A DNA stretch of 54,826 bases, counting the filler, from Thelocarpon superellum (Eukaryota), in assembly GCA_026025795.1 (NCBI GenBank). It is 2 parts of 2 records of this genome, joined end to end, with 100 filler letters (N's around TTAATTAATTAA, not from the genome) between each part and the next. Parts side by side here need not be neighbours in the genome. Positions count along the whole stretch, not along the records: positions 1 to 27,385 come from JAPEUG010000247.1; positions 27,486 to 54,826 come from JAPEUG010000248.1. One strand, 5' to 3'. A model generated the notes under the pieces. It saw only the letters and a program-made list of their open reading frames with translations, was not told where the DNA came from and ran no database searches. Shown one piece after another: positions 26,166-38,055 of this stretch. Each line of letters starts with the position of its first letter. Position 1 is the stretch's first letter. The position numbers were made by a program, and so were the translations under genes.

Positions 26166-27385
26166 GGTACACTGAGCTGTGTTCGGAGCTCGTGGCTGAT
26201 GTTAGCGGCCTTCCTTCAGAGGTGTTTGAATGGCTGTCATGGAGCACGGGCACGGCCGCAGAGCCAGGGCGGGCATCACCTGTCATCATGGGTCGAGGCG
26301 GGCAGCAGAAGTCTGCCAGCCACAAGCTGCTCCCGCTACTAGAATTGTGGCGAAGACTTTTGCCGGCCGCCTTGAGTCCGCTCCGTTGTCCTCCATCGCC
26401 TGTGAGTGACGGTCACCAGCTCACGGGCTTGACGATTTCGGGTGGCGGTCGAAACGAAATGAAGCCCTAAGAGTCAATTCGCGAGTAACTATTGCCAACT
26501 CGGTATGAGTATCTCGCACTTCGTACAACAATGCTTTAGTGGCATGACAGCTGAACATTGCAAATGCAGGGCATTATGACCGGTTATGAAACAGGACTCT
26601 TCAGGTTCGAGATCTGCGAAACAGATCTATATATATCTTCCAACTCGCACAGATTATTATACCACTACCCAAGTTGATTTTACTTCACGCGTGTGAAGAT
26701 ATCGTCATGGAGGCGCAACGCCAGCAATAACGCCTGCGTTTTGTTGGTTGTGCCCGTCTGTGCCAACTAGGCTGACCGTTGGAACGGAATTCCACCAGCG
26801 TAATCCATCGGAATGCCGCCAAGAATCCAGCTGGAACGGAATGAGGCCAGGGCAAATACCGGCTGGATGGTAGGGTGCTATAATAGAGATCCGTTGGGAT
26901 ACCGCTGGTATTCCATATGTGGGTGAATATCATGTGACTTTTCTCAGAAATTTCAGAATGGGTATTGCTAAGTGGTAACGCTCATGTCTGTTACATTACA
27001 AGTCCTGTTACAATCCTGTATGTCATATAGATAGTTGGATGTAACATAAAAGAGCAGCATGAGTGTGTGATGGAGATATCACATGACTGTAGATGTGCTA
27101 CCTAGTGTCAGGAATCAGATCGTGTGTGTATATATCATGTGACATGTATGAACCGGCCTCATATTTCCGTGAGCCCACCACCTCGTCGGCCCATCACGAG
27201 GCTTGAATAAATGGACCAGTAGCTCTGGCTAATTACTGGGCAGGGAAGCACCGTTGAAACTTCATGTGCATATCTCTCTTATGCGGAGCATTTGCCTCTC
27301 TCCTGCGTAGCATTTGGGCGGGAGCAGTCAAGTTTTGTTCCTTAGGTAGCCGGCTTGTGTGACCGTAAAGCTGTGGCGCAGGGCG

Positions 27386-27485
27386 NNNNNNNNNNNNNNN
27401 NNNNNNNNNNNNNNNNNNNNNNNNNNNNNTTAATTAATTAANNNNNNNNNNNNNNNNNNNNNNNNNNNNNNNNNNNNNNNNNNNN
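27386..27485. other. Artificial assembly linker N44-TTAATTAATTAA-N44
   Basis: Exactly 100 nt; the central palindrome places stop codons in all six frames. Confidence 0.97.
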
Positions 27486-27894
27486 AGGAGGAGGAGGAGG
27501 AGCAATAGAGGGTGCAGGTGGCGTGAGCGGGCAAGACAAAGACCAAGGCGGCGCCGAGGACAGCTCCGACGACGCCCTCGAAATCCCCGTCTTCGTCCGC
27601 GTCGAATACGAAGTCTCGGCCGAAGACTCCACCACTGCCAGCACCACTACCACCACCAGTGGAAGCGCAGGCGGGAGTTCGCTCGCGCGCTCCGGCATCG
27701 TCTCTTCGATGCTGAACGGCGCTGCGGTGACGACGACGGGGGCAGGGAAAGAGGGCAAGCGGAGCGAAGCAGGCAGCGATAACACAGGGAGCAAGAGCGC
27801 AGACGGCTCAGAGAGGAGCAAAGAGAAGGAGAAGGAGAAGGAGAAGCGCGAGTTGGCGTACTGGTGCGTCCTTGGTGTAGGGAAAGTGGTTTAG
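27486..27894 (+). CDS. 3' fragment of probable dynactin p62 subunit (Arp1-binding, RO-2/DCTN4-like); 5' part lost in the gap
   Basis: DALEIPVFVRVEYE...EKRELAYWCVLGVGKVV* resembles the fungal p62 C-terminus as I recall it; the frame is open from the contig edge. Confidence 0.6.
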
Positions 27895-28259
27895 CTCCTC
27901 ATCCGGCGTCTCTCTCCTTACCTTCAACTTACCTCACTGCGTTACAATGCACAGTGCGAGTTCATCGCAGAGATCATGTGTCGTGTTGTAATGAGGCGCC
28001 AGCTGGGAGTCTAGGAACCTCGCCTGCAGCCTCGTCCGTAGGAAGCGCTTCTCCCTGCGCATTTCTTGTGCTGGATCTCAAGCTTGGTAATGCTGAATTT
28101 GTGGCCGAGGTACAAGGAGGACAAAAGAAGACGTTGGTTGTGTAGGTAGGTTCGAGAAGCTGAGCGGTTTACCCGTGCTTTCAGTCCTCGACAAATTCGA
28201 GCCCCATCACCTTCTGTCGCCCTCACGCCTCATCCCCCGTCTTCTTGAGCCCCGTTGCC

Positions 28260-29009
28260 CTAGTACTCCGGCGCACCCCCTTGCGGAAACTCGAACCCAA
28301 CCCCTCGGCCGGTGAGACGACGGTACACCTCGGAGTACGTATCAAGACGGTAGTCGACGCCACCGCGCTCCTTCTCATCAAGCACCACCTTCATGACCTT
28401 AGAGCCATCTTCGCGTGTGCGCGTTCGCTTGCCCACGATTTCGACGGGGTAGACCAGATCCGTCAGGATGGCTTCATGCACCGCCGTCAAGGTGCGCGAG
28501 CGAGGTCGTTTTTGCGTCTGTGACGTGCGCGATCGGTTCGAGCGTTTCGGTCGGGGAAGGATGCGGCGCGAGGCCAGGAAGAGGACGTGACGATCGGAGA
28601 ATTTCTTTTCAAGTTCGCGCGTGAGGCTGTCGTGGATACCTTGTTAGTCTCTGATGTCTGTCCGGCGTAGTCTTCGAGGGTGGTGGGGGCGGTACCGTTG
28701 CTGGACCTTGTGGAAGCCCTGTAATGAGGCAACTGGGACAAAGATGACGATCGCCTTCTTGCCGTGGCCGACTTCCAGCTGTTCATGAGCGTGGATTAGA
28801 AACATCCCCTCGGTATGCTCATAGGCGAGGAGGACAGAGAGACGTACCTCTCGTGCAGAGACGAATTGAAGCGGTCGAAGCGCAGCCTTCATGTCGGGGA
28901 TATTGGTCTCAAGATCGTACAAGGCATTGGCGATGCTGGTCTCGAGCTCCGACGGGCTTTGTCTTGACGGACTCGTCGCAGCGATCTTGTTGAGAGCCGG
29001 CGACGACAT
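28260..29009 (-). CDS. RPS7: 40S ribosomal protein S7 (eS7)
   Basis: [10 protein letters not shown]...[26 protein letters not shown]...[15 protein letters not shown]...[23 protein letters not shown]; two introns. Confidence 0.96.
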
Positions 29010-29588
29010 GATGGGCGAGAGGCAGGTCGCTGTCGTCTTCGAGGGAAGAGTGGCGTACAGCTTCCTGGGGATTGGAGTCGGAGGAGGTCGGCCAGGCCAA
29101 ACGAGTACTTGGAATTTGTGGCTTGGCGTTCTGCGGTGGACTGTATTCGCTTAGGGTTTGCAACCATGAAAACCCCGCTTGTTATGCCTTGGGCAGGATG
29201 CTTATGAGTTGATTCGTCTCTCTAGGTGGGATTTACCCAGGCTAACCCATGGTCACATGACTGTACAGTCAGGTGACCCGTGACACCGCTTCCTCTCGAC
29301 AGCAACGAGTGGTACCCTCTATGTCCCAAGGGCATTCCACACAACGGATCCTCACGGTTCGTCGATGTCATGTCGAGCAAAGTCGAGTCCAGAGGATCAT
29401 TCGGGAAGCTTTGCGATTGTACAAAGGTATCCTGCAACTTCTAGGTCTACGAACGCCCTACCTTGCCGTACGCTCGATGCACGTAAGATGCCTTCAGGAA
29501 AGCATCTAGATGATCTTGATCGACTCCACAACCAATCAATTCCATGTGACGATTCTGTGCCTGTGCAATTTCCTGATTGTATGATCCA

Positions 29589-30773
29589 TTACGAGATCTT
29601 CCCGATCCTTCTCCTCGACACATTCAGCTTGCCTTGTAACCTGCACCTTTGGTTAGCGTTGTCAAGAATGAGGACGATCCGAATGACAGACCGATCGGTA
29701 TCTTCGTCCACGAGTCTCAGCATGCTGTTCTGCTCCTCCAGCTGCCCGTTGATAGCCTCGCCAATCTTTCTCAGTCGCGACACGCCCTTCCCAAGCTCCT
29801 CCACATTAAGATCCTGCTCTTCTATGATCTGTTTCTGTAGTTGCAGCACTCCGTTGTTGTCGAGCTCGCGAGTTTGCTCCGTCTCCGGGAGCGGCGCACC
29901 CAGGATCCGTCCGCCACGTCCTCCATTTGCCTGTGATCGACTGGTCCCGGCGAACAGCGCCGACTTATCCTGTGGTGTGGCTGCTGGATTCCCGTTCTTC
30001 CCACTGGTGCTACCAGAGCTGTCCCTCATCGTCATCGAGCTGGCCAGGGCCTCCAACCCCTCCTTCTCTTTCCTCGCGCTGCCCAGCAGATCCTTCCGTC
30101 GTCTCAGCTCACCACTGCCCAGCTTCTTCGAGCTCCAGGAGCTTGCGTCCGAATCGCCGAGAATCTTGAGCCCCTGATCCAGCGCAGCAATCATCGTCCC
30201 GGACCTGATCAGACATCCTTTTGCAGCCGCAGAGCTCTCGTGCTGGCCTTGAGCCGTTTCCGCCTGGTCCCGTCGCTGGAGATGCAGCCGCGCGTCGTGC
30301 AGCTGAGTCTTCAGATCACGGTGACAGTCAAGCCAGATGATCGGGTCGGTGAGAGGTGCACCGCTCCCCATAGGCGACGTCAGAGTGCCATGCAAGGCGG
30401 CGTTGCTCGAGTTTGCGCTGGCCGTGCTGCTGGGTAGATTGAGAAAGGTCCGCCAGGCGCTTGTGTTCCGCCACCGGCCATCGTCTGTCTCGTTGACGGC
30501 CCGCAGGTAGCTCTCTAGGCCCTTTCTCCGTTGTTCCGTAAGCTCCGGACTCGACGTCGTGCGGGTGAACCACGACTTCTGAGGTAAGGGTGCCGGTGGT
30601 GGCACGCCGGCCTGTGAGCTCAGCGACTCATGTAACGACGTGAAGTCCGAGTAGCGTTTCTGGACCGTGAACGAACGGAGAGGTAGGCGGAGAGCGATGT
30701 TGTAGAGGGTGTAAGATTTCGCGGTCGACGAGGCTGTGGTGTTCGGGATGGATATTTCCACAGAGGGCGGCAT
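29589..30773 (-). CDS. VAM7: Vacuolar SNARE Vam7 (PX domain + Qc-SNARE)
   Basis: PX: YTLYNI...VQKRYSDFTSLH...PLPQK...EQRRKGLESYL. SNARE: ELDNNGVLQLQKQIIEEQD...ELEEQN-like heptads. Short in-frame intron near the 3' end. Confidence 0.88.
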   Translation of the reverse strand: MPPSVEISIPNTTASSTAKSYTLYNIALRLPLRSFTVQKRYSDFTSLHESLSSQAGVPPPAPLPQKSWFTRTTSSPELTEQRRKGLESYLRAVNETDDGRWRNTSAWRTFLNLPSSTASANSSNAALHGTLTSPMGSGAPLTDPIIWLDCHRDLKTQLHDARLHLQRRDQAETAQGQHESSAAAKGCLIRSGTMIAALDQGLKILGDSDASSWSSKKLGSGELRRRKDLLGSARKEKEGLEALASSMTMRDSSGSTSGKNGNPAATPQDKSALFAGTSRSQANGGRGGRILGAPLPETEQTRELDNNGVLQLQKQIIEEQDLNVEELGKGVSRLRKIGEAINGQLEEQNSMLRLVDEDTDRSVIRIVLILDNANQRCRLQGKLNVSRRRIGKIS

Positions 30774-31760
30774 GGCGATCAGGTCGTGCTGTAGAGCAGG
30801 GACGGCGGCGATCGGTCTGCTGAAGCTCCGCACCTGAACACAAGATCGATGGGCCTCACCTCGAGTGCTGTACGCAAGTGCCTCCAGGACCCAGCAGCGG
30901 ATTGACACGCACCGAAATCCACGATAGAGGTTACCGGTCGAGTGGATTTTGTTGACACAGCTGGTGGTCAAACTGAAATGCATTATCTTCGGTCATTCGC
31001 CGTGTATCTGACCGGATGGTCACGAGACGCCGCGATCTCATGCGCTTCACTGTCAACCGAATCAGGCGGCGACGCGAGACGCTCGGGGACTCGGGGCTTT
31101 TGATTGAACGGAGTGAGATCCCGTATATGTATCCATGGGGAATGCAGTTAGCTTGTCGTCTTCATCAACTTTGACGAATGCCTGAGCTAGGTAGATCGAA
31201 CGATAATAATGCGTACATGGAGTTGAAGCGCCTCCAGAACCTCAGAAGTACCACTCGAGTAGATTTCCCGGGTCCCTCCACAGGGTCCAATGACGACACT
31301 TTGGGCCGAACCCGATTACTAATCACCGATCGCTAATGGTCGCTCCCGCTACGCCGCGGTGAATCAATGATCGAGATACACAGATTGACGCTATGGTGGG
31401 AATCTTTCCACTTGCGCAGAGTCCCACTGCTGGTGGAACGTTCAAAGGTGTATCTGTACCATAGGGTGATCAGATGGAGCCGAAGTGCTTTTCTTCAGAT
31501 GTGAGAAGAAGGGTGCTGTGGAGATCAAACATCCCTGCCTACTATCCTTGACACGCTATGCACTGCTCAATTCAAGATGGGGGCTCTCAAGCGGGAAAAA
31601 CTGGTGAGAGGCCTCACCATCATCGTTGAACGGCTGTCATGGACCTCTCATATCCAATCCGTGTTGGTTGGGAGGTCATACGGTGGGAAAGAATGGTATG
31701 ATTGAATCTAGAGAAAAGTGTGGAATGCTACAGTTCCCGTGTTGCCTGGGATGCCGTGGC

Positions 31761-32826
31761 TCAGAAAGTCTCCAGGTCATCTCCAGCCTCGCCTTCGGCG
31801 GGAATCTCGAACCCCTCCTAGGCAGGGTGTTAGTACATCAACGGGCGAGACGAGACGGGCGGGGGTTCTCACCTCGGTCGAGTACAGAATCGCTTGGATG
31901 TGCTTCAGCAGTCCATCCTCTTCCTTTTCCAGTTCCGGATCAGCCTCGATAGCCTGCTGGATTAGGAGCTCGATGTCTCTCAGTTTGTTGAAGTAAAAGT
32001 CTCGCTCGCGCTCCAGCCCCACCACGGTCTCTTTCAAACTTGCATTTTCCTGCTGCAGCGCCGCCGAGCTGCCTCCCATGTTCGGCGTGCGCGTGCGCGC
32101 GGCACCGGCGGTGGGTGTCACTCCACGTCGCGCCCCGCCGGATGAGCGCTGAGATGCGGCCGGGGCGGCGGGTGGAGCGCCAGACGCCTTCCGCCGCGCG
32201 ACCGCATCGTAGTCTCCGCCGGGGTAGTACTGGTCCCAGTATCGCTTTGTCCACTGAAGGAACTCCAGATTATCCTGCATCTTGCATTTGATGAGCTGCT
32301 CCACGGCCACTATCCGGTCGATTTGATGCTTGGTGAAGCAGTCTGTCCGGCGGTCAACCAGGTGCTTCGACAGCGACCGTTAGGGACCCTACTCTGGAGA
32401 ATCTTGAAGTTTTGGAGGTAGGCATATTCGGTGTTGACGTTGAACTTGACGCGCGACATGGGAATGTCCACTAGATGACGGAATGGATGAGCCGGTCATT
32501 CGTCGGATAAGGCGCAAGGGTCATGGCTCACGATAGATGCTGTCGAAGACTTGGCAAATGGCCGCACTACGACACCATGTCAGTCATTCGTTGAGCCGGT
32601 AGAGGCAGGGGCTCCGGCGGGCTGGGGGACAAGAAGGCAAGCGCCGGGCTTCGTGGAGGTCATCGAACATACCCAGTGCCACATTGCTCCACTTTGGTGA
32701 TGTTCAGTTGCAGCAGGTTATTCAACCAGGCCAACAACTCCTGCCTGTGTACCACCCATCAGACTTCCATCGCTCGTCACGTCGCATGGCACAAGCAGGG
32801 CCAGGCACTGACCTTGATTCACCCAT
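31761..32826 (-). CDS. BIM1: EB1/Bim1/Mal3 microtubule plus-end tracking protein
   Basis: Spliced MGESRQELLAWLNNLLQLNITKVEQCGTGAAICQVFDSIY...KCKMQDNLEFLQW...LERERDFYFNKLRDIE...ILYSTEEGFEIP...LETF*. Confidence 0.95.
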
Positions 32827-33166
32827 GACGGGCCGCACAAGTAAGGGACGGCAAGGCGAGCGGCGGATGGTGGGGACTCCGCGAAAGGGTTGAGGAGACG
32901 AGGCGAGGCGCAAGATCCGGAGGGCGGGATCTGGCGGCGGACTTCCGCTCCGATGAGACGGTGGTCAGGCCGGCACAAAGGCGTACGGTCACGACCAAGG
33001 TCAAGGGCAGGGGGATCGTGATGTTGTGGTGCGGTGGAGAATAGGATGCGATAGTCCCACCATACGGTTGCCAAGGATACTACAACCAAACAGTATTTGG
33101 TCCTGGACTGCGTCGCTCCTCCACATGGCGCACGCCGCGGCCACGGGGAGGAGACGCATCGCTTAT

Positions 33167-33212
33167 GATTGGCCGGTCGGCCGATTGGCCGACGGGCGCC
33201 GTGTCACCAATC
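33167..33212. promoter_or_regulatory. Cluster of three CCAAT boxes upstream of BIM1
   Basis: GATTGG at 33167 and 33183, CCAATC at 33207. Confidence 0.4.
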
Positions 33213-33674
33213 GTTCACCACGACACAACCCATGCATCACTGTTACGAGTACTTGTATATATGCAATCGTGTCCTTGCACTATCTTCAGCATCATCTAGG
33301 GACATTGTTGGAACCGAGCATGTTGACGAATAGCTGCGGTGGGTGCCGGCCATCAAGACGGTGCCCCGCGCCGCTAGAATCGCTGCCACCACAACCCTCG
33401 GATCATTGGCACCGGGTGATCTCGGTGCCAAGTCCTGGTCGGCATTAGTGAGATGGCAATTACCAATTGTAAGGGAAAAAGGACGGCCAGATGGCGACAT
33501 TATGCAGCATGGTGAAATGGTGTCAGAAATCCCTCGCCGTGATGCAAATGGAATCCCCGGGCGATGCTGGTCTCCACCACATGAAACGCCTGGGTGCCAG
33601 CAGAAAATGGGGAGGAAATGATGTGGGGGGGAAGAAGGGTAGAAGGAGGGGCGGGTCGGTAGGGAACAGTGCTT

Positions 33675-35930
33675 TTAGAAAATGGCGTCGGGGCCGAGAT
33701 CCATGCGTCCGACGGTCGAAGCCAACATGTCGACACCAGGGACAAACTTGCCAAAGTCCATGATGAAGGTGCGACCGCATTGGCTGGTCGCGAGGATGCG
33801 GCGGTAATCGGCCTTGGCGCAGAGGATCCAGCTCGAGGTCCACTTGGGGAAATCGATGAGCAGGTTGCCCGTCTCGAGATCGAAGACCTTGACGCTCTGG
33901 TCGTAGCTCCCGCTGACGACGCGTCCGTTGGCCGAGTCGAGATGGAGGGAGCGCACGAGGCTGGTGTGGCCATGCAGTTCACGGATACACTCGCCTGTGT
34001 TGGCGTCCCAGATGCGGATGACATGGTCGTTGCCACCCGACACGATCAGGCGCGAGTCCTCGCTGAATTGCACGCAGGCCAAGCCACGCGTGTGCCCCGC
34101 GAACTCGCGCACGCATCGGCCCGAGTCGAGGTTCCAGAGCTTGATGAGCGCATCGCCGCTGAGGCTGACGACCAAATTGCCGCGCATCTGGATGGCGTTG
34201 ACGGGACCGCGGTGGCCGCTCATTTGGCGCAGCATTTCCCCCGTCTGCCGATCCCACACGCAGACGGTCGTGTCCTTGGAGCAGGTGACAATGTGTTTGC
34301 GGTCGATGCAGACGTCTAGCACGCCCAACGTGTGATGCTGGAGCCGCCGGATCGGCTTGTAGTCGTCGACGATGGACCAGACGATGCAGCTCGCGTCGGA
34401 GGAACCCGTGACGAGGATCTCGCTGTCGAATTGCAGACAGAGGATGGAGGCATCGTGGAACATGGGCGGGCTTCCGTCTTCGCACAGCGCCAGCGACGGC
34501 GCCGCAGCCGCAGGGACCCCTGCTTTGGCAAGCCCGTTCTGCTGCGCGTACACGGCCGCCATCAGCGGCCCGGTGACTGCGGGATTGCCGAGGATTTTGG
34601 TGACGTGGAAGGTACGCATATCCCAGATGCGGATGGTCTGATCACGCGAGCCGGTGATGAATTTGGAGCTACGCTAGCGTAAGTTTCTTGCCGTCGAAGC
34701 CCTCTCTGGGAAGGAAGGGGTCCACATACTCGTCGAACTGCACGCAGTACACGCTGTCCGTATGACCCTGTACGTATGCCGCAGCAAGATTGCCTCGTTC
34801 CCACTTAGACTTGAGCTCCTTCCGCACGCACAAGATCTTCTTCCAGTCCTGATCCGGGCCCTGTTTGCCCATGCCAAGGGCGGTTGTATCATACGTCACC
34901 GTGGACGTCTGGAGCGCCTCCCAGGCGGAACGATGCTCAGTGCGGAAGATCTCCTTCCACACGTGCTGCGACGTGGCGGCGTCCTGCCAGCCCTTGGACA
35001 CTCGTTCCGCCCGAGCCAGCGACGCGTGGTCGAGGAAGGTCAAGATGTAGGTGGAGAGTTCCACGGGCAGATAGGCCACGGGATCTGTTCGTGTCCGCGA
35101 CGTCAGCATGGCCGGAGACAGACAGCTCGTTTCGCGCTAGACGTACCGGCGCGAATCACCGAGGCACGGGCGGACCCGCTCATATTGACCCACTCATCGG
35201 ACACGCCACGTAAATCGATACCGATGCCACTCTCGGCATCGCGATCACTCTTGATGGACTCGCCAGTCATCACGACGGGGATGGGTAGCTTGACCTGGGA
35301 ACTCTGGGCGCGTGCCGCCGCTGCTCGGGCAGCAGCACCAGGCAAGAGATCATCGAACATGGCGTGATCGGTGCGTGGTCCCTCGCCGTCAACCTTGATG
35401 CAGGGCATGTTGGCGCTGGTCGACCCTTCCGTCGTGGAGGGAGATGAGAAGAATGTTGACGTGGGACGGGAAAGGTTGACCAGTGTAGACGCCCGCTTTC
35501 GCCACGAGCTCATGGGTCGTGATGGTGGTGGAGTATGACCGGTTGACGCCGCGGGAGAGATGTCGGACGGGCTCGCGTCCTGTGGGTTGAAGAGCTGGGA
35601 GGCTCGGTTGTAGAGACGTCGGGCGCCGTCCGTCACGTCCTCGGAGAAGTGAGCGATGCTGCTAGGTCGCAGGCGGGCCGTGCCGGGGCGACGGCGTCGT
35701 GAGGAGGGAGGGGGGACCTCGATCTCTCGGAGGTAGGCTTGCTCGGCGGGCGAGGGATCGTCCAGATCAAATGGGAGGCCTGTGGCTATCGAAAGCGGCC
35801 GACAGAACTGCGCGACGCAGGTCGTCGCCACGGCTGGAGCTTCGGGGAGCACGACGGTTTCGGCTTCGCGGAGAGGAAAAATGGAAAGTCGCCAACGTCT
35901 CCGGACCCGTTTGGAGCTGAAGAACCTCAT
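33675..35930 (-). CDS. F-box/WD40 SCF substrate receptor (beta-TrCP / Pof11 / FWD-1-like)
   Basis: F-box DPVAYLPVELSTYILTFLD; WD40 repeats GHTDSVYCVQFD, GHRGPVNAIQ, GHTRGLACVQF, GHTSLVRSL; two introns; disordered N-terminus. Confidence 0.88.
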
Positions 35931-37140
35931 GATGGCGTGTGAATTGGGGGAACGGGCAACGATGCGATGCAGCGGCGAGGAGGAGCCTGCCCGATGATGA
36001 TCGTGATGGCGTGTGAATCGGTGGGGGTGGGCGGGAGTTTAAGAGCGCAGGCATGTATCGGAGGTGAAGTCTGCCGGAGCGCGCTCGACGCTCGACGCTC
36101 CACCTTCGAGGCCGTCCGTCACGGTCGGCGTCAAGGCCCACGGGACTAGGGAAGACCAGATACCAGCTCGGGGAGCCAAAAGAGCGACGAGGAAACGGAC
36201 ACAGCGCAGAGAAGCAGCGCGTCACACGACGAACGAAGGCATTTCCGGAACGACCCCGACAGAAGGGAGGTGGACCAAGGGAGTGCAGTGCAGCAAGGGC
36301 GAGGGCAAGGGCGAGGGGAATCGTGAGTCGGTGAAGTGAAAACAGCGGGTGAAACGAGACCGCAGGGCTGGGACGAGCACTCGGACGACCGGGCAGCGTC
36401 CTCCGTATAACATGGGTCGGCGTGTTCACTCTGCCTCCCCACTGAAGCGAAGCGTCTTTAGGCAGGTCCCGGCCGTCCGAAGGGCTGGCCTTTGTGTGCT
36501 TCTAGCTGTCTGAGACCTTGCAACGCTCCCGTAACAATTCAGACCGTCCCCGTTCCATCTCTTCGGTTAACGAGGTGCTCCAAGCCGACCATGCTTCTTC
36601 GAGTTGCCGGGGCGCGTGCCCACTATCACTGGGGCGTCTTAGCGGGCAATGCCGCCCGTGGTCGGCGTCGAATTCGTCCTCGTAAGATGCTCACGGTCGC
36701 ACAGCGATCGGGATCCCAAGGAAAAGCAGGGCTGGAGGGCACGGATGTCTTGGACCTCACTCCTCCCACCTCCCCACAGCCGGCGGACACTGGTCTGCGC
36801 ACCCCTACCTCTACTATTGGAACGCAGAAACTCTTTACGCCCTAGAGAGGGCCCCTGCTCCTGAAGCAATTACGCTGATCTAATCGGGAAAACTCCTGAC
36901 TACCTGTGCAGTGAATACGGAGCCTCCCAATCACTCACTCAGTAAACAGGGGGGCCCCAGGAGCTGTTTTTGGACTTCCGTTGTGCTAGTGCTAGCAATG
37001 AGTGTCCGCGTACTTGGTTCAAGCCGTTGGAGGTCTCGGCAGGTTACAAGTTCCAGTGTCCAAGGGTTGCCCGACAAGCCTGATCCGCACGCCCGTGCCT
37101 CTGCCTGCCCCTTCCCCTCCCCCGCACAAGCAATCCCACA

Positions 37141-37698
37141 ATGCCATCCCGTTCCGCTCCCGCCAGCATGGCGCCGACCAGCTTCAAATTGCCCGTGATC
37201 TACCGGCTTTTCTTGCTGACGATCGAACCTATCGCGACGCTGGTCGGAGCCTACTTCGCGCACGTCCAGCCAGCGGCCTACCTCGAGCTAACGCACGCTC
37301 CCTCGGCACCCACATGAGATCAGATCCCACTCGTGACCCAGGTCATCCTCACCCAGCTGGCCAACCTCTACTTCTGCTTGGCCCTGAACGAGGCTCTCGT
37401 GCTGCGCTGTACCTCGGATCTGCGCGTCTGGCGCACCCTGTGGCTAGGGCTGTTGATCGCCGACTTTGGGCATCGCTACCGCGTGCATAGCCCGGGCTCG
37501 ACCGTGTACTGGAACGTGCTGCACTGGTCGCCGATGGATTGGGGGAATATCGGCTTCGTCTACGGCGGTGCCTTGATGCGCATCTGCTTCTTGTCCGGAC
37601 TTGGCTTACCCACCATGTCGGTTCGACCGCATTCGCAGTACACCGTGAACACGACCTGCAGCGATGCGGAGGGAGACGTATCAAAAATACTGACATGA
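37141..37698 (+). pseudogene. Small multi-TM fungal membrane protein (DUF7704-like) with in-frame TGA at 37315-37317
   Basis: One frame reads YRLFLLTIEPIATLVGAY...SAPT*DQIPLVTQVILTQLANLY...DLRVWR...LLIADFGH...DWGNIGF; no intron spans the stop. Confidence 0.62.
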
Positions 37699-38055
37699 AC
37701 TATCTACAATACAAAGTCGCAAACAAACCTGGGGCTCTCCATCAAGCCGTGGGTCCAGGGTGGCCCCGGCCGTACCAAGCTCGGTTCCATTCTCCCAGGC
37801 CGATCTATGATCGCTGCGAAGGACGCCACCCGATCCGGGGTGCGATGCAATTGACTCCGGCCGGGGCCGAGAGACAAGGGGCGCCGTACATGCTGATGCC
37901 GATGCCGATGCAGTTGCAGCAGCCTCTATCCCGGCGATAGCGTACGTAAACAGTCCAGACCCGATGCAAATGCACAATAATACTTTTTCAAGCAGCCGCA
38001 CCGGTCGAAAAGCCTGGGTGAATGCCAAAGGCGGAGGTGGTCGCACAGGGTATCT

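Noticed and set aside
27430..27441. TTAATTAATTAA palindrome as a biological site (e.g. piggyBac TTAA target)
   Set aside because: Centred in a symmetric N-run; synthetic linker.
29151..29159. TTAGGG as a telomeric remnant
   Set aside because: Single copy in a promoter; no array.
29365..30177. 270-aa plus-strand ORF
   Set aside because: Antisense to VAM7; no independent features.
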